This document shows, in pieces, positions 7,475-15,621 of a DNA stretch of 16,152 bases. Made by a program: the position numbers and the translations under genes. Within the stretch, counting starts at the first letter, position 1, and each line of letters opens with the position of its first letter. This DNA is from an uncultured Clostridia bacterium. GTDB lineage: Bacteria > Bacillota > Clostridia > Oscillospirales > Ruminococcaceae. The notes below the pieces were generated by a model. The model was not told where the DNA came from, made no database searches, and was given only the letters and a program-made list of their open reading frames with translations. The DNA is taken from contig CALBJC010000061.1 of NCBI GenBank assembly GCA_937892655.1, positions 1 through 16,152 on the forward strand, in the 5' to 3' direction.

Positions 7475-8360
7475 TTTTATCTCCTCTTTCTGTTATGATA
7501 TTTTGCAGCGTATCTGCTATAATCCTGCCCGCAGAAACGGGAGCAACCTTACCTGGCAAGGATAGAGCCCATATAACCTTTATTCCCGCTTTTTTTGCGC
7601 TTTCAAAATCAACGCCGCCGGGTTTTGATGCCAAATCAATTACTAAAACATCTTCTTTCATGCCGCAAAGATGATTTTTGTCAAACAAAACTGCGGGAAC
7701 TGTATTAATAACAATATCCATTTTTCCGAGTATCTCATCGAGCTTTGACAGATGAATACCCTTGACCCCATTTATTTCTGCCCATGCAATATCGCTGTAT
7801 TTTCTTGCCACAATATAAACCTCGGCGCCTACTGCACAAAACAGCCTTGCTACTGTTTTTGCAACTCTGCCATAGCCCGTTATGAGCACCTTTGAGCCGA
7901 AAATAGTCGTCGGAGTTTCTTCAAGCGCTATCATCAGCGCACCCTCCGCAGTAGGCGTTGTATTCTTCACAACAAGCTCTTCATTCTCAAAATAATCTAC
8001 ATATTCTATATTATTCTTTTCAAAGAATGAGCATACATCCTCAGGAATTTTACCGCCCATTATAAGACCATTCTTTTTGACGAGAGATAAGAGGTCTGAG
8101 ATGTATATCTTTTCAAAAAAGTCGGGAGAGTTTACAGTTATGCCATCAGTTGTTGAGATAAGCGGCAGAATGAGATAATCCACACCGCCCATTTTATTTA
8201 TCTGTGACAGAGATATAAGCGAAATACCGCCCGTTACAAGCCCTTCGGGGATGGGGGTTGCATAAGTATATACAGTATGTTTTTTGGCAAGCGTCTGCGC
8301 TAAATATGTCTGTCGCAGGTCACCTCCCAAAACTAAAAATGTTGAGTTTTTTGTATTCAT
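7467..8360 (-). CDS. dpaA: Dipicolinate synthase subunit A (SpoVFA/DpaA), 297 aa. The start is revised from the track's 8423 to 8360.
   Basis: MNTKNSTFLVLGGDLRQ matches the DpaA N-terminus (IAVIGGDARQ). An NAD-binding ITGYGRVAKTVARLFCAVGAEV motif is present. A GGAGGT site lies 10 nt upstream of the ATG at 8360. The 21-codon extension in the track lacks an RBS. Confidence 0.85.
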   Translation of the reverse strand: MNTKNSTFLVLGGDLRQTYLAQTLAKKHTVYTYATPIPEGLVTGGISLISLSQINKMGGVDYLILPLISTTDGITVNSPDFFEKIYISDLLSLVKKNGLIMGGKIPEDVCSFFEKNNIEYVDYFENEELVVKNTTPTAEGALMIALEETPTTIFGSKVLITGYGRVAKTVARLFCAVGAEVYIVARKYSDIAWAEINGVKGIHLSKLDEILGKMDIVINTVPAVLFDKNHLCGMKEDVLVIDLASKPGGVDFESAKKAGIKVIWALSLPGKVAPVSAGRIIADTLQNIITERGDKNG

Positions 8361-8391
8361 AAAAGGTATTACCTCCGTTTGTTTCATATCA

Positions 8392-8419
8392 CAGTATATG
8401 TTTGTTTTCTTTTCAATGT
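8392..8419 (-). promoter_or_regulatory. Candidate mother-cell (sigma-K-like) promoter for dpaAB
   Basis: Minus strand: AC, then 17 nt, then CATATACTG, which matches sigma-K AC-N17-CATAnnnTA at all but the last base. No good sigma-A -35/-10 pair is present. In B. subtilis, spoVF is sigma-K dependent. Confidence 0.3.
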
Positions 8420-8423
8420 GCAA

Positions 8424-8452
8424 TTTACAACTGATAATTTTTATGATATACT
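8424..8452 (+). promoter_or_regulatory. Sigma-A-type promoter for the response-regulator gene
   Basis: TTTACA (8424-8429), a 17-nt spacer, then TATACT (8447-8452). The RBS GGAGGTG (8460-8466) precedes the ATG at 8472. Confidence 0.5.
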
Positions 8453-8471
8453 GTATTTTGGAGGTGTGGCT

Positions 8472-9164
8472 ATGAAAAAGATACTTATCGCAGAGGATGA
8501 CAAGGAGATAAACCGCCTTTTATGCGATTATCTTACAGCATCGGGGTATACCGCAATCGGCGCTTACAACGGCTTTGAGGCTATGAGTAAAATCTCTCAG
8601 AATACCGATATTTCGCTCATTTTATTAGACCTTATGATGCCTTTGCAAAGCGGAGATATGTTTTTAAAAAAGCTGAGAGAGATTTCAGATATACCCGTTA
8701 TAGTACTTTCTGCAAAGGATAGCGTTGCCTCAAAGGTTGAACTCATCAGAATGGGGGCTGATGATTATATCACAAAGCCTTTTGATTTAGATGAGCTTTC
8801 TGTAAGAATTGAAGCGGTTTTAAGACGCTGTAAATCATCTCACACAAATGATGAAGCACAGACATTGACTTTTGGTAAGCTTACTCTTGATGTAAACGCC
8901 GCAAAGGTATTTGTTGACTCAAATGAGATCACTCTTACATCAAAAGAGTACAGCATCTTAAAGCTTCTGATGCAAAACCCCAACAAGCTCTTTTCAAAAG
9001 CTAACCTCTATGAAAGCGTATGGAATGAGCCTTTTATAAATGAAGATAAGATAATTAAGGTACATATCAGTAATCTCAGAAACAAGCTCAAGGAGTATGA
9101 CTCATTTGAGTATATCGAAACTGTCTGGAATATGGGATATAAACTCAATTTCAAAAAAGAATGA
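8472..9164 (+). CDS. OmpR/PhoB-family response regulator (230 aa). The start is revised from the track's 8379.
   Basis: MKKILIAEDDKEI…LLDLMMP (phospho-Asp region)…KPFDLDEL receiver domain, plus a C-terminal winged helix (…LTSKEYSILKLLMQNPNKLFSK…ISNLRNKL). GGAGGTG precedes the ATG at 8472. The upstream extension crosses the promoter. Confidence 0.9.
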   Translation: MKKILIAEDDKEINRLLCDYLTASGYTAIGAYNGFEAMSKISQNTDISLILLDLMMPLQSGDMFLKKLREISDIPVIVLSAKDSVASKVELIRMGADDYITKPFDLDELSVRIEAVLRRCKSSHTNDEAQTLTFGKLTLDVNAAKVFVDSNEITLTSKEYSILKLLMQNPNKLFSKANLYESVWNEPFINEDKIIKVHISNLRNKLKEYDSFEYIETVWNMGYKLNFKKE

Positions 9165-9225
9165 CTTTACCTATTCTTTACCTTTTGCTTTACCTTTTCT
9201 TAATCGCGAGGGGTTATTATATAAT
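9165..9225 (+). promoter_or_regulatory. Activator-dependent promoter. Three phased direct repeats CTTTACCT (9165, 9176, 9188) lie upstream of TATAAT (9220-9225), with no usable -35.
   Basis: ACTTTACCTATT / CTTTACCTTTTG / CTTTACCTTTTC repeat at 11-12 bp periodicity, covering about -67 to -37 relative to the predicted start. The -35 position reads TTCTTA. This is the classic geometry for OmpR-family activation. Confidence 0.5.
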
Positions 9226-9253
9226 CAACGATTAAACAAAGGGAGGAATAAAT

Positions 9254-10162
9254 ATGTCAATTATCACTCTTTCAGGGCTGACAAAGAAATACGGCAAGAA
9301 TACAGTTTTAGATAATTTTTCTATGTCGGTTGAAAAGGGGCATATCCACGGTCTTATCGGCCCTAATGGTGCGGGTAAGACAACTATTATGAAAATTATC
9401 GCAGGTCTTTGCGCACAGACAAGCGGGGAGCTTTCGCTGTTTGGTCAGAAGGAAAACCTCGATAAGCTAAGGTCAAGAATGAGCTTTATGATCGAAGCAC
9501 CTATCATTGACCCTAATATGAGAGCAATTGAAAACATGGAGTATATCCGCCGCGTAAAAGGCATTGCTGACAAGGAGCTTTCTCAGAAAATGCTCGACTA
9601 CGTTGGCATTGGCAATACTGGTAAGAAGCTTGTAAAGAAGTTTTCTCTTGGCATGAAGCAGAGACTTGGCATTGCAATGTCACTCATCTCATCACCTGAA
9701 ATTATGATTTTAGATGAGCCTGTAAATGGTCTTGACCCTGAGGGTATTGTTGAGATAAGAAACCTTCTCAAAAAGCTCGCAAAGGAGCAGGGCGTTACAA
9801 TTATTATTTCAAGCCACCTTTTAACAGAGCTTTCAGAGCTTTGCGATGACTTTACCATTATGAACAAGGGTAAGCTTATCGAAACGCTGAGCGCTTCGGA
9901 GCTTGCGCAAAAGTGCCGCAGCTTTATAAGCCTGAAAACCGATGATATAAACAAGACCTGCACTGTATTGGAAGAAAAGCTTTCAATCTTCCAGTACAAG
10001 GTTATAAATGACGACGAAATTCAGATTTACGAACGCTTAGATGAGCTTATGCTCATTTCAAAAACTATCACAGATAATTCTCTTATTATCACAAGGCTGT
10101 CAAGCGAGAGCGAAAGCCTTGAACAGTATTATCTTTCAAAGGTAGGTGTTGAAAATGCGTAA
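9254..10162 (+). CDS. ABC transporter ATP-binding protein, ABC-2 (BcrA/DrrA/LanF-like) subfamily, 302 aa
   Basis: Walker A GLIGPNGAGKTT, signature FSLGMKQRLG, Walker B IMILDEP, and an H-loop SSHLL. A GGGAGG site precedes the ATG. Confidence 0.9.
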   Translation: MSIITLSGLTKKYGKNTVLDNFSMSVEKGHIHGLIGPNGAGKTTIMKIIAGLCAQTSGELSLFGQKENLDKLRSRMSFMIEAPIIDPNMRAIENMEYIRRVKGIADKELSQKMLDYVGIGNTGKKLVKKFSLGMKQRLGIAMSLISSPEIMILDEPVNGLDPEGIVEIRNLLKKLAKEQGVTIIISSHLLTELSELCDDFTIMNKGKLIETLSASELAQKCRSFISLKTDDINKTCTVLEEKLSIFQYKVINDDEIQIYERLDELMLISKTITDNSLIITRLSSESESLEQYYLSKVGVENA

Positions 10163-10874
10163 GCTGATGAGCGCTGAATGGTACAGACTCCGTCATAGCG
10201 GAGCATTTATAGTAATCATACTTCTGGCAGTTTTTATTCCTGTAATCATTCCGTTCTTTATGGAATACTCGGTAAAGACCGCTGACGTTACCGCTTCTGA
10301 GGTACTCTATATAATAACTACAAACGCACCTTTCTTTGCGGTTGTGATTCCTGTTGCAATAGGTGCATCAATCTCATCTAGCTATTCAAACAAGATAGCA
10401 TACTATGAGGTTATGGACGGCAACAACATCCACAAGATCATTTTATCAAAACTGTTTGTTCACACAAGCTTTGCAACTGTTTCCTACTGGATTCCTACTG
10501 CAACTTTCCTGCTTTGGGCGTATACGAAAAACGGCACTGATCTGTGGCTTGAGGATTTCTCTGTCACTCTGATACTCTATATCATACTGCTTTTAAGAAG
10601 CACTATAGGCGGTACATTATTTGTAACCCTCACTCGTTCACCTATCGGCGCGGCATTGCCTTACATAAGGCTTATGCTTGAGAGTATGACAGATATGATA
10701 TTTGCGGAAAGCAATCCGCTGTATAAGTTTATGCCTTCAACTCAGATGATGGCATACTTAATGGACCCTAATGATAAATCAATTATCTGGGCAATTGTTC
10801 TTACAACCATCTTTGAAATCGCAGCACTTTACATCTGCTCATACATAGGCTTTAAGAAAAAGCATTTCAAATAA
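10155..10874 (+). CDS. ABC-2 family permease (six predicted TM), translationally coupled to the ATPase. Alternative GTG start at 10146.
   Basis: AGGTAGGTG lies 6 nt before the ATG at 10155, which overlaps the ATPase stop (10160-10162). Hydrophobic segments include FIVIILLAVFIPVIIPFF, FFAVVIPVAIGASI, IWAIVLTTIFEIAALYI. Confidence 0.8.
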   Translation: MRKLMSAEWYRLRHSGAFIVIILLAVFIPVIIPFFMEYSVKTADVTASEVLYIITTNAPFFAVVIPVAIGASISSSYSNKIAYYEVMDGNNIHKIILSKLFVHTSFATVSYWIPTATFLLWAYTKNGTDLWLEDFSVTLILYIILLLRSTIGGTLFVTLTRSPIGAALPYIRLMLESMTDMIFAESNPLYKFMPSTQMMAYLMDPNDKSIIWAIVLTTIFEIAALYICSYIGFKKKHFK

Positions 10875-10896
10875 AATTTAAAAGGAGGTATATAAT

Positions 10897-11811
10897 ATGA
10901 AATATGCGTATATCGCTGTTATTATATGCCTTCTTATTGCTTTTTTATGGGCTCTGACAAAATATATTCTGCTTAAAATACAGATAAAGCATTTTGTAAG
11001 AGCCGCTGATGCATTAAAGGAGACTGACTACAACGAGCCTATAAAGGTCGAAAGCTTTGATGGCTGCGTTACAGCGCTTGCAAACTCGCTCAACGAGCAT
11101 ATAGATATTCAAAAAAGGCTCTCTGAAGAATATACAGAAGAAAAGAAAAACTTAGCAACAATAATTTCGGGTATTTCTCACGATTTCAGAACTCCGCTTA
11201 CTGCAACGCTGGGGTATCTGCAGATGATAGAGAAGAGCAATGCTCTTGATGATAAAAATGCTGAGTATTTAAACATCGCTATTGAGAAAAACAGATATAT
11301 AAAAAAGCTTTCAGATGACTTTTTTGAAATTTCAACGCAGGGCAACAATGAAGAAGACACTCAGCTTGAAGAGGTAAACATTTCAAACATTGTTTTTGAA
11401 ACTCTCTCAGGTTACTATGACGGATTTTCTCAAAGAAAGCTTGTTGTAAAAGCTGATATTGAGGATGGCGTATTTATAGATTCAAACGCTCATCTTTTAC
11501 AGAGAATTATAGATAATCTTCTTTCAAATGCAAATAAGTATGCGCTGACAACGCTTTGTATAAATCTGGCGAAAGAAAACCAAAAAGTAATTTTATCGGT
11601 TTCAAATGATACGCTTGATAAAGCTGAGCTTGATATTGACAGAGTTTTTGAACCATTTTACCGCAAAAGCTCAAGAAATCAGAACGGATCAGGGCTTGGT
11701 CTTTATATAGTAAAGCGTTCAGCAAAGCTTATCGGCGCTGAGGCTGATGCGTTTTTTGACAAACGAGATTTCTTTACAGTAAAGCTTGAATTTGAAAAGC
11801 CTGCAAATTAA
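10897..11811 (+). CDS. Histidine kinase, 304 aa, with a single N-terminal TM and no extracytoplasmic sensor domain
   Basis: H-box SHDFRTPLTA, N-box LLSNANKYA, G-box GSGLGLYIVKR. The only hydrophobic segment is residues ~4-26, followed directly by the linker and DHp domain. AAAGGAGGT lies 7 nt before the ATG. Confidence 0.9.
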   Translation: MKYAYIAVIICLLIAFLWALTKYILLKIQIKHFVRAADALKETDYNEPIKVESFDGCVTALANSLNEHIDIQKRLSEEYTEEKKNLATIISGISHDFRTPLTATLGYLQMIEKSNALDDKNAEYLNIAIEKNRYIKKLSDDFFEISTQGNNEEDTQLEEVNISNIVFETLSGYYDGFSQRKLVVKADIEDGVFIDSNAHLLQRIIDNLLSNANKYALTTLCINLAKENQKVILSVSNDTLDKAELDIDRVFEPFYRKSSRNQNGSGLGLYIVKRSAKLIGAEADAFFDKRDFFTVKLEFEKPAN

Positions 11812-11830
11812 TGCAGGCTTTTTTTATTTT
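11797..11830 (+). terminator. Rho-independent terminator overlapping the histidine kinase stop
   Basis: AAAGCCTGCA-aattaa-TGCAGGCTTT followed by TTTTTTATTTT. Confidence 0.8.
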
Positions 11831-11833
11831 CTC

Positions 11834-11862
11834 TTGCATATCTTTTAAATCTGTGATACAAT
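11834..11862 (+). promoter_or_regulatory. Sigma-A promoter for prfC
   Basis: TTGCAT (11834-11839), a 17-nt spacer, then TG-extended TACAAT (11857-11862). Confidence 0.55.
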
Positions 11863-11898
11863 AACTAGGAATGTTTATTTTAAAACGGAGGAATTATT

Positions 11899-13497
11899 TT
11901 GGCTAATCTTTCAATATCAGAGCAGATAAGAAGACGTCGTACCTTTGCTATCATTTCTCACCCTGACGCAGGTAAGACTACTTTGACAGAAAAGTTTCTT
12001 TTATATGGTAAAGCTATCGCACTTGCCGGCGCTGTAAAGGGCAAAAAGGCTGACCGCCACGCTACAAGTGACTGGATGGAAATTGAAAAGCAAAGAGGTA
12101 TTTCAGTTACATCATCAGTAATGCAGTTTGAATATGACGGGTATGCTATCAATATTCTTGATACCCCTGGTCACCAGGACTTCTCTGAGGACACATACCG
12201 TACACTTATGGCGGCAGATTCCGCAGTAATGGTTATCGACGCTTCAAAGGGTGTTGAAAACCAGACAAGAAAGCTATTCAAGGTTTGCGCTATGCGTAAT
12301 ATCCCTATCTTTACATTTATAAATAAAATGGATAGAGATGCTAAAAATCCATTTGATTTGCTTGAAGAAATCGAACGTGAGCTTGATATTCCTACCTACC
12401 CTGTAAACTGGCCTATCGGCTGCGGCAAGGAGTTCAAGGGCGTTTATGACAGAGATAAAAAATCAATCATCAAGTTTACTGCAAACGATGGTCACCACGA
12501 GGTTGAATCTGAGGTAGTTGATCTGAGCGATGAAAACCTTGCTGAAAAAATCGGTCAGGAAAATTACAGAAATATCGTTGATGATGTTGAGCTTTTAGAT
12601 GGCGCGGCTGATGAATTTGATTTAGAGGCCGTTCAGGCAGGTAAGTTATCACCTGTATTCTTTGGTTCTGCGTTGACATCCTTTGGCGTTGAGCCATTTT
12701 TGGAAAACTTTTTAAAGATGACAACATACCCGCTCGCAAGAGAATGCGACAGCGGCACAATTTCACCGCTTGACGAAAGTTTCTCAGCATTTGTTTTCAA
12801 AATTCAGGCTAATATGAATAAGGCTCACCGTGACAGAATTGCATTTATGAGAATCTGTTCAGGCAAGTTTGAAAGAGATATGGAGGTTTTCCATATTCAG
12901 GGCAACAAGAAGATGAAGCTTTCACAGCCTCAGCAGATGATGGCATCTGACAGAGAAATCATCAACGAAGCGTATGCGGGCGACATCATCGGCGTATTTG
13001 ACCCTGGTATCTTCTCAATAGGCGATACGATTACAGTGCCTTCAAAGAAATTCAAGTTCTTTGGTATCCCAACCTTTGCGCCTGAGCATTTTGCAAGAGT
13101 AAGACAGACTGATACTTTAAAGAGAAAACAGTTTGTAAAGGGCATTTCGCAGATCGCGCAGGAGGGTGCTATTCAGATTTTCACAGAGCCATACACCGGT
13201 CTTGAAGAGGTTATTGTAGGCGTTGTCGGCGTATTGCAGTTTGAAGTTTTAGAGTACAGACTCAAGAATGAATACAATGTTGATATTATAAGAGAGGGTC
13301 TCCCTTATTCATACATCCGCTGGATTGATAATCCTGAGGATTTTGACTTAAAGCGTCTTTCTCTTACAAGCGATACAAAGCTTGTTCAGGATTTCAGACA
13401 GAATTATCTTTTAATCTTTACAAGCGAATGGAATATCCGCTGGGCGCTTGAAAGAAACGAAGGTCTCAAGCTTTCTGAATTTTCAACCAATGACTAA
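11899..13497 (+). CDS. prfC: Peptide chain release factor 3 (RF3), 532 aa, with a TTG start
   Basis: GTPase motifs AIISHPDAGKTT, DTPGHQDF and NKMD, with overall RF3 architecture. GGAGG lies 7 nt upstream of the TTG at 11899. Confidence 0.95.
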   Translation: MANLSISEQIRRRRTFAIISHPDAGKTTLTEKFLLYGKAIALAGAVKGKKADRHATSDWMEIEKQRGISVTSSVMQFEYDGYAINILDTPGHQDFSEDTYRTLMAADSAVMVIDASKGVENQTRKLFKVCAMRNIPIFTFINKMDRDAKNPFDLLEEIERELDIPTYPVNWPIGCGKEFKGVYDRDKKSIIKFTANDGHHEVESEVVDLSDENLAEKIGQENYRNIVDDVELLDGAADEFDLEAVQAGKLSPVFFGSALTSFGVEPFLENFLKMTTYPLARECDSGTISPLDESFSAFVFKIQANMNKAHRDRIAFMRICSGKFERDMEVFHIQGNKKMKLSQPQQMMASDREIINEAYAGDIIGVFDPGIFSIGDTITVPSKKFKFFGIPTFAPEHFARVRQTDTLKRKQFVKGISQIAQEGAIQIFTEPYTGLEEVIVGVVGVLQFEVLEYRLKNEYNVDIIREGLPYSYIRWIDNPEDFDLKRLSLTSDTKLVQDFRQNYLLIFTSEWNIRWALERNEGLKLSEFSTND

Positions 13498-13503
13498 TAA
13501 CAA

Positions 13504-13543
13504 AAAAGCGATTACGAAAATTCGTAATCGCTTTTATTTTTAT
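13504..13543. terminator. Bidirectional terminator between convergent prfC and the flotillin gene
   Basis: Perfect 11-bp palindrome GCGATTACGAA-aa-TTCGTAATCGC, flanked by A-runs and T-runs on both sides. Confidence 0.8.
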
Positions 13544-13555
13544 GCTTTATGTAGC

Positions 13556-14941
13556 TTATTCTTCTACAACGTCTTCCTTGATTTCTTTACCTAAGTAGTC
13601 AGGTAATTCCATACCAGCCTGCTTGAAAAGCTCGCTCATAGGAGGAATTGACTTCATCATACCTGATAAGAAATTAGCTGTTGATGAACCGCCGTTTTCA
13701 GCGTTGCCTGAATCCCATACAGTAACCTTATCGATCTTGATGTTCTTGATAGCGTCAACCTGAATCTGCATAAGATCCTGTAACTTATCAGCAACGATAA
13801 GCTTAACAGCAGAATCTGCGTTGCCGCCTGCGGCATTAACAAGCTCCTTCATACCGGCAGCCTGCTTTGTGAGCATTTCTTCAATACCCTTAGCCTGAGC
13901 TTCCATCTTAGCGTAGATAGCATCAGCTTCACCCTTAGCCTTACGTCTGATAACTTCAGCTTCTGCTTCAGCAGCGATTTCTGCCTGCTGCTTTTCAATT
14001 TCAGCCTTAACGATAACGTCAGCCTTCTGTGATGCACGCTCAAGCTCTGCTCTTGTAAGTTCAGCTTCCTGCTGAGCAATGTATGCTTCCTGTAAAGCCT
14101 TGGCAGCCTGAACCTTTTCAGCAGCTGTTGCAAGTCTTAAAGCTTCAGCTTCCTTTTCACGTCTGAGAGCTTCTGACTGAGCTACTGCGATCTTAGCTTC
14201 GTTTTCACCCTTGATAGCGTCAGCATTTGCAGCAGAAACCTGAATTCTCTGGTCTCTGTGAGCGTTAGCCTGACCGATTTCACCGTCTCTGTCCTTTTCA
14301 GCAACGCTCTTCTTAGCGTCGTTGATAGCCTTAGCAGCTGCTTCCTTACCAAGAGCGTCAATGTAGCCTGATTCATCGTTTATGTCAGTTACGTTTACGT
14401 TGATAAGGCGAAGACCGATTTTCTTAAGCTCGATTTCAACGTTATTTGATACTGCAAGCAAGAACTTATCTCTGTCGGTATTGATTTCTTCGATATCCAT
14501 TGTAGCAATTACAAGACGGAGCTGACCGAAGATGATATCCTTTGCAAGCTCCTGGATCTCTGTCATCTTAAGACCTAAAAGTCTTTCAGCAGCGTTATGC
14601 ATAATTGTAGGCTCTGTTGAGATACCTACTGTAAAACGCGATGGAACGTCAACACGGATATTCTGCTTTGAAAGCGCATTCTTAAGGTCAACGTTCATTG
14701 AAATCGGAGTAAGATCCATATACTGATATGACTGAACAATAGGCACGATAAATGCAGCGCCACCGTGGATACACTTAGCAGAACGGGCGTTACCGCTCTT
14801 GTCACTACCTACCTTACCATAAATAACCAAAATTTTGTCTGATGGACATTTTCTATAGCGTGATAAGATACCTGCAAATAACGCAAATGCCAAAACAGCT
14901 ATAACTGAAATTGCTATAATAAGCTCTGGTCCCATTTTCAT
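13556..14941 (-). CDS. floT: Flotillin (SPFH/band-7 domain plus EA-rich coiled-coil), FloT/YuaG-like, 461 aa
   Basis: An N-terminal TM, then an SPFH core (…ILVIYGKVG…FIVPIVQSYQYMDLTP…), a long Ala/Glu/Lys-rich flotillin repeat region, and the partner NfeD gene immediately upstream. A GGAGGT RBS is present. Confidence 0.85.
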   Translation of the reverse strand: MKMGPELIIAISVIAVLAFALFAGILSRYRKCPSDKILVIYGKVGSDKSGNARSAKCIHGGAAFIVPIVQSYQYMDLTPISMNVDLKNALSKQNIRVDVPSRFTVGISTEPTIMHNAAERLLGLKMTEIQELAKDIIFGQLRLVIATMDIEEINTDRDKFLLAVSNNVEIELKKIGLRLINVNVTDINDESGYIDALGKEAAAKAINDAKKSVAEKDRDGEIGQANAHRDQRIQVSAANADAIKGENEAKIAVAQSEALRREKEAEALRLATAAEKVQAAKALQEAYIAQQEAELTRAELERASQKADVIVKAEIEKQQAEIAAEAEAEVIRRKAKGEADAIYAKMEAQAKGIEEMLTKQAAGMKELVNAAGGNADSAVKLIVADKLQDLMQIQVDAIKNIKIDKVTVWDSGNAENGGSSTANFLSGMMKSIPPMSELFKQAGMELPDYLGKEIKEDVVEE

Positions 14942-14955
14942 TTACCTCCTACACA

Positions 14956-15588
14956 TTATTCTTTGTTTTCTTCACTCTCACAGACAAGCACATCGTCAGA
15001 AACATCAACGATTTTTACCTTTGTACCGGTTGAAATTTCTTCACCGTCTGCGCTCACAGCGTCAGCCTCAACGAGTCTGCCCTGAAGGTTTATTGTAACC
15101 TTGCCGTGATTTTGTCTGCCCTGAGGAATCTTAACATAAACTGTTGCGGTCATGCCCTTTGCATTCTCGAGCATTACTGTACCGTTTTCAGCAAGCTTTG
15201 CTGAAAGTTTTAAAACCTTTGCAACACCGAGCATAGCTAAAAAACCACATACAAGGCCGATGATGATTGCCAGGATATTTGGCGCATTCATAGAGTTTGC
15301 GACAATACCTGCCCATGAGAATACGCAGATAAATGCCATAATGCCCTGAGCTGTGAAAAGCTCACCTATTGCAAAATCTTCTGCAGGCGCACCATCTGCT
15401 GAAAAATCACCGTCTGGTAAGCCGTCAGGCATACCGTCAGCGTCAACTGAAAAGTCAGCACCTACTTCACTGTCGCCAAAGCCTAAAATCAGCATAATCG
15501 TCTGCAGAACAAGAATTATTGTTGCAGGAATCGATATGCAGTACAAGACTTTAGCAAGGCCGTCAAGCCCTTCCCACCACTGAGTCAA
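14956..15588 (-). CDS. NfeD-like (YuaF-type) membrane protein, 210 aa. The start is revised to TTG at 15588 from the track's TTG at 15642.
   Basis: TM helices plus a C-terminal NfeD beta-barrel-like tail (…GTVMLENAKGMTATVYVKIPQGRQNHGKVTINLQGRLVEADAV…). AAAGGGGGT lies 6 nt before the TTG at 15588. The track's start at 15642 falls inside the gene's own promoter. Confidence 0.7.
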   Translation of the reverse strand: MTQWWEGLDGLAKVLYCISIPATIILVLQTIMLILGFGDSEVGADFSVDADGMPDGLPDGDFSADGAPAEDFAIGELFTAQGIMAFICVFSWAGIVANSMNAPNILAIIIGLVCGFLAMLGVAKVLKLSAKLAENGTVMLENAKGMTATVYVKIPQGRQNHGKVTINLQGRLVEADAVSADGEEISTGTKVKIVDVSDDVLVCESEENKE

Positions 15589-15621
15589 ATCAAGACCCCC
15601 TTTTAAATAGAATGTAAATCT

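Noticed and set aside
8361-8423. N-terminal extension of dpaA as given in the ORF track (start 8423)
   Set aside because: No RBS is present. The internal ATG at 8360 has a perfect GGAGGT, and homologs begin at that point.
8379-8471. N-terminal extension of the response-regulator ORF (MFHITVYVCF…)
   Set aside because: It runs through the regulator's own -35/-10 and the shared divergent promoter region. The MKKILIAEDD start at 8472 has a GGAGGTG RBS and matches receiver-domain N-termini.
9097-9999. ORFs 9097..9315 (+) and 9598..9999 (-)
   Set aside because: The first spans the regulator stop, the repeat-box promoter and the ATPase start. The second is antisense within the ABC ATPase. Neither has an RBS.
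11178-13145. Minus-strand ORFs 11178..11360, 11507..11725, 11958..12152, 12476..12790, 12930..13145
   Set aside because: All are antisense inside the histidine kinase or prfC genes.
13657-14726. ORFs on both strands inside the flotillin gene (13657..13842, 13849..14133, 14182..14376, 14532..14726)
   Set aside because: They are mirror-frame artefacts of the Ala/Glu/Lys-rich coiled-coil coding repeats, giving R/L/K-rich nonsense translations.
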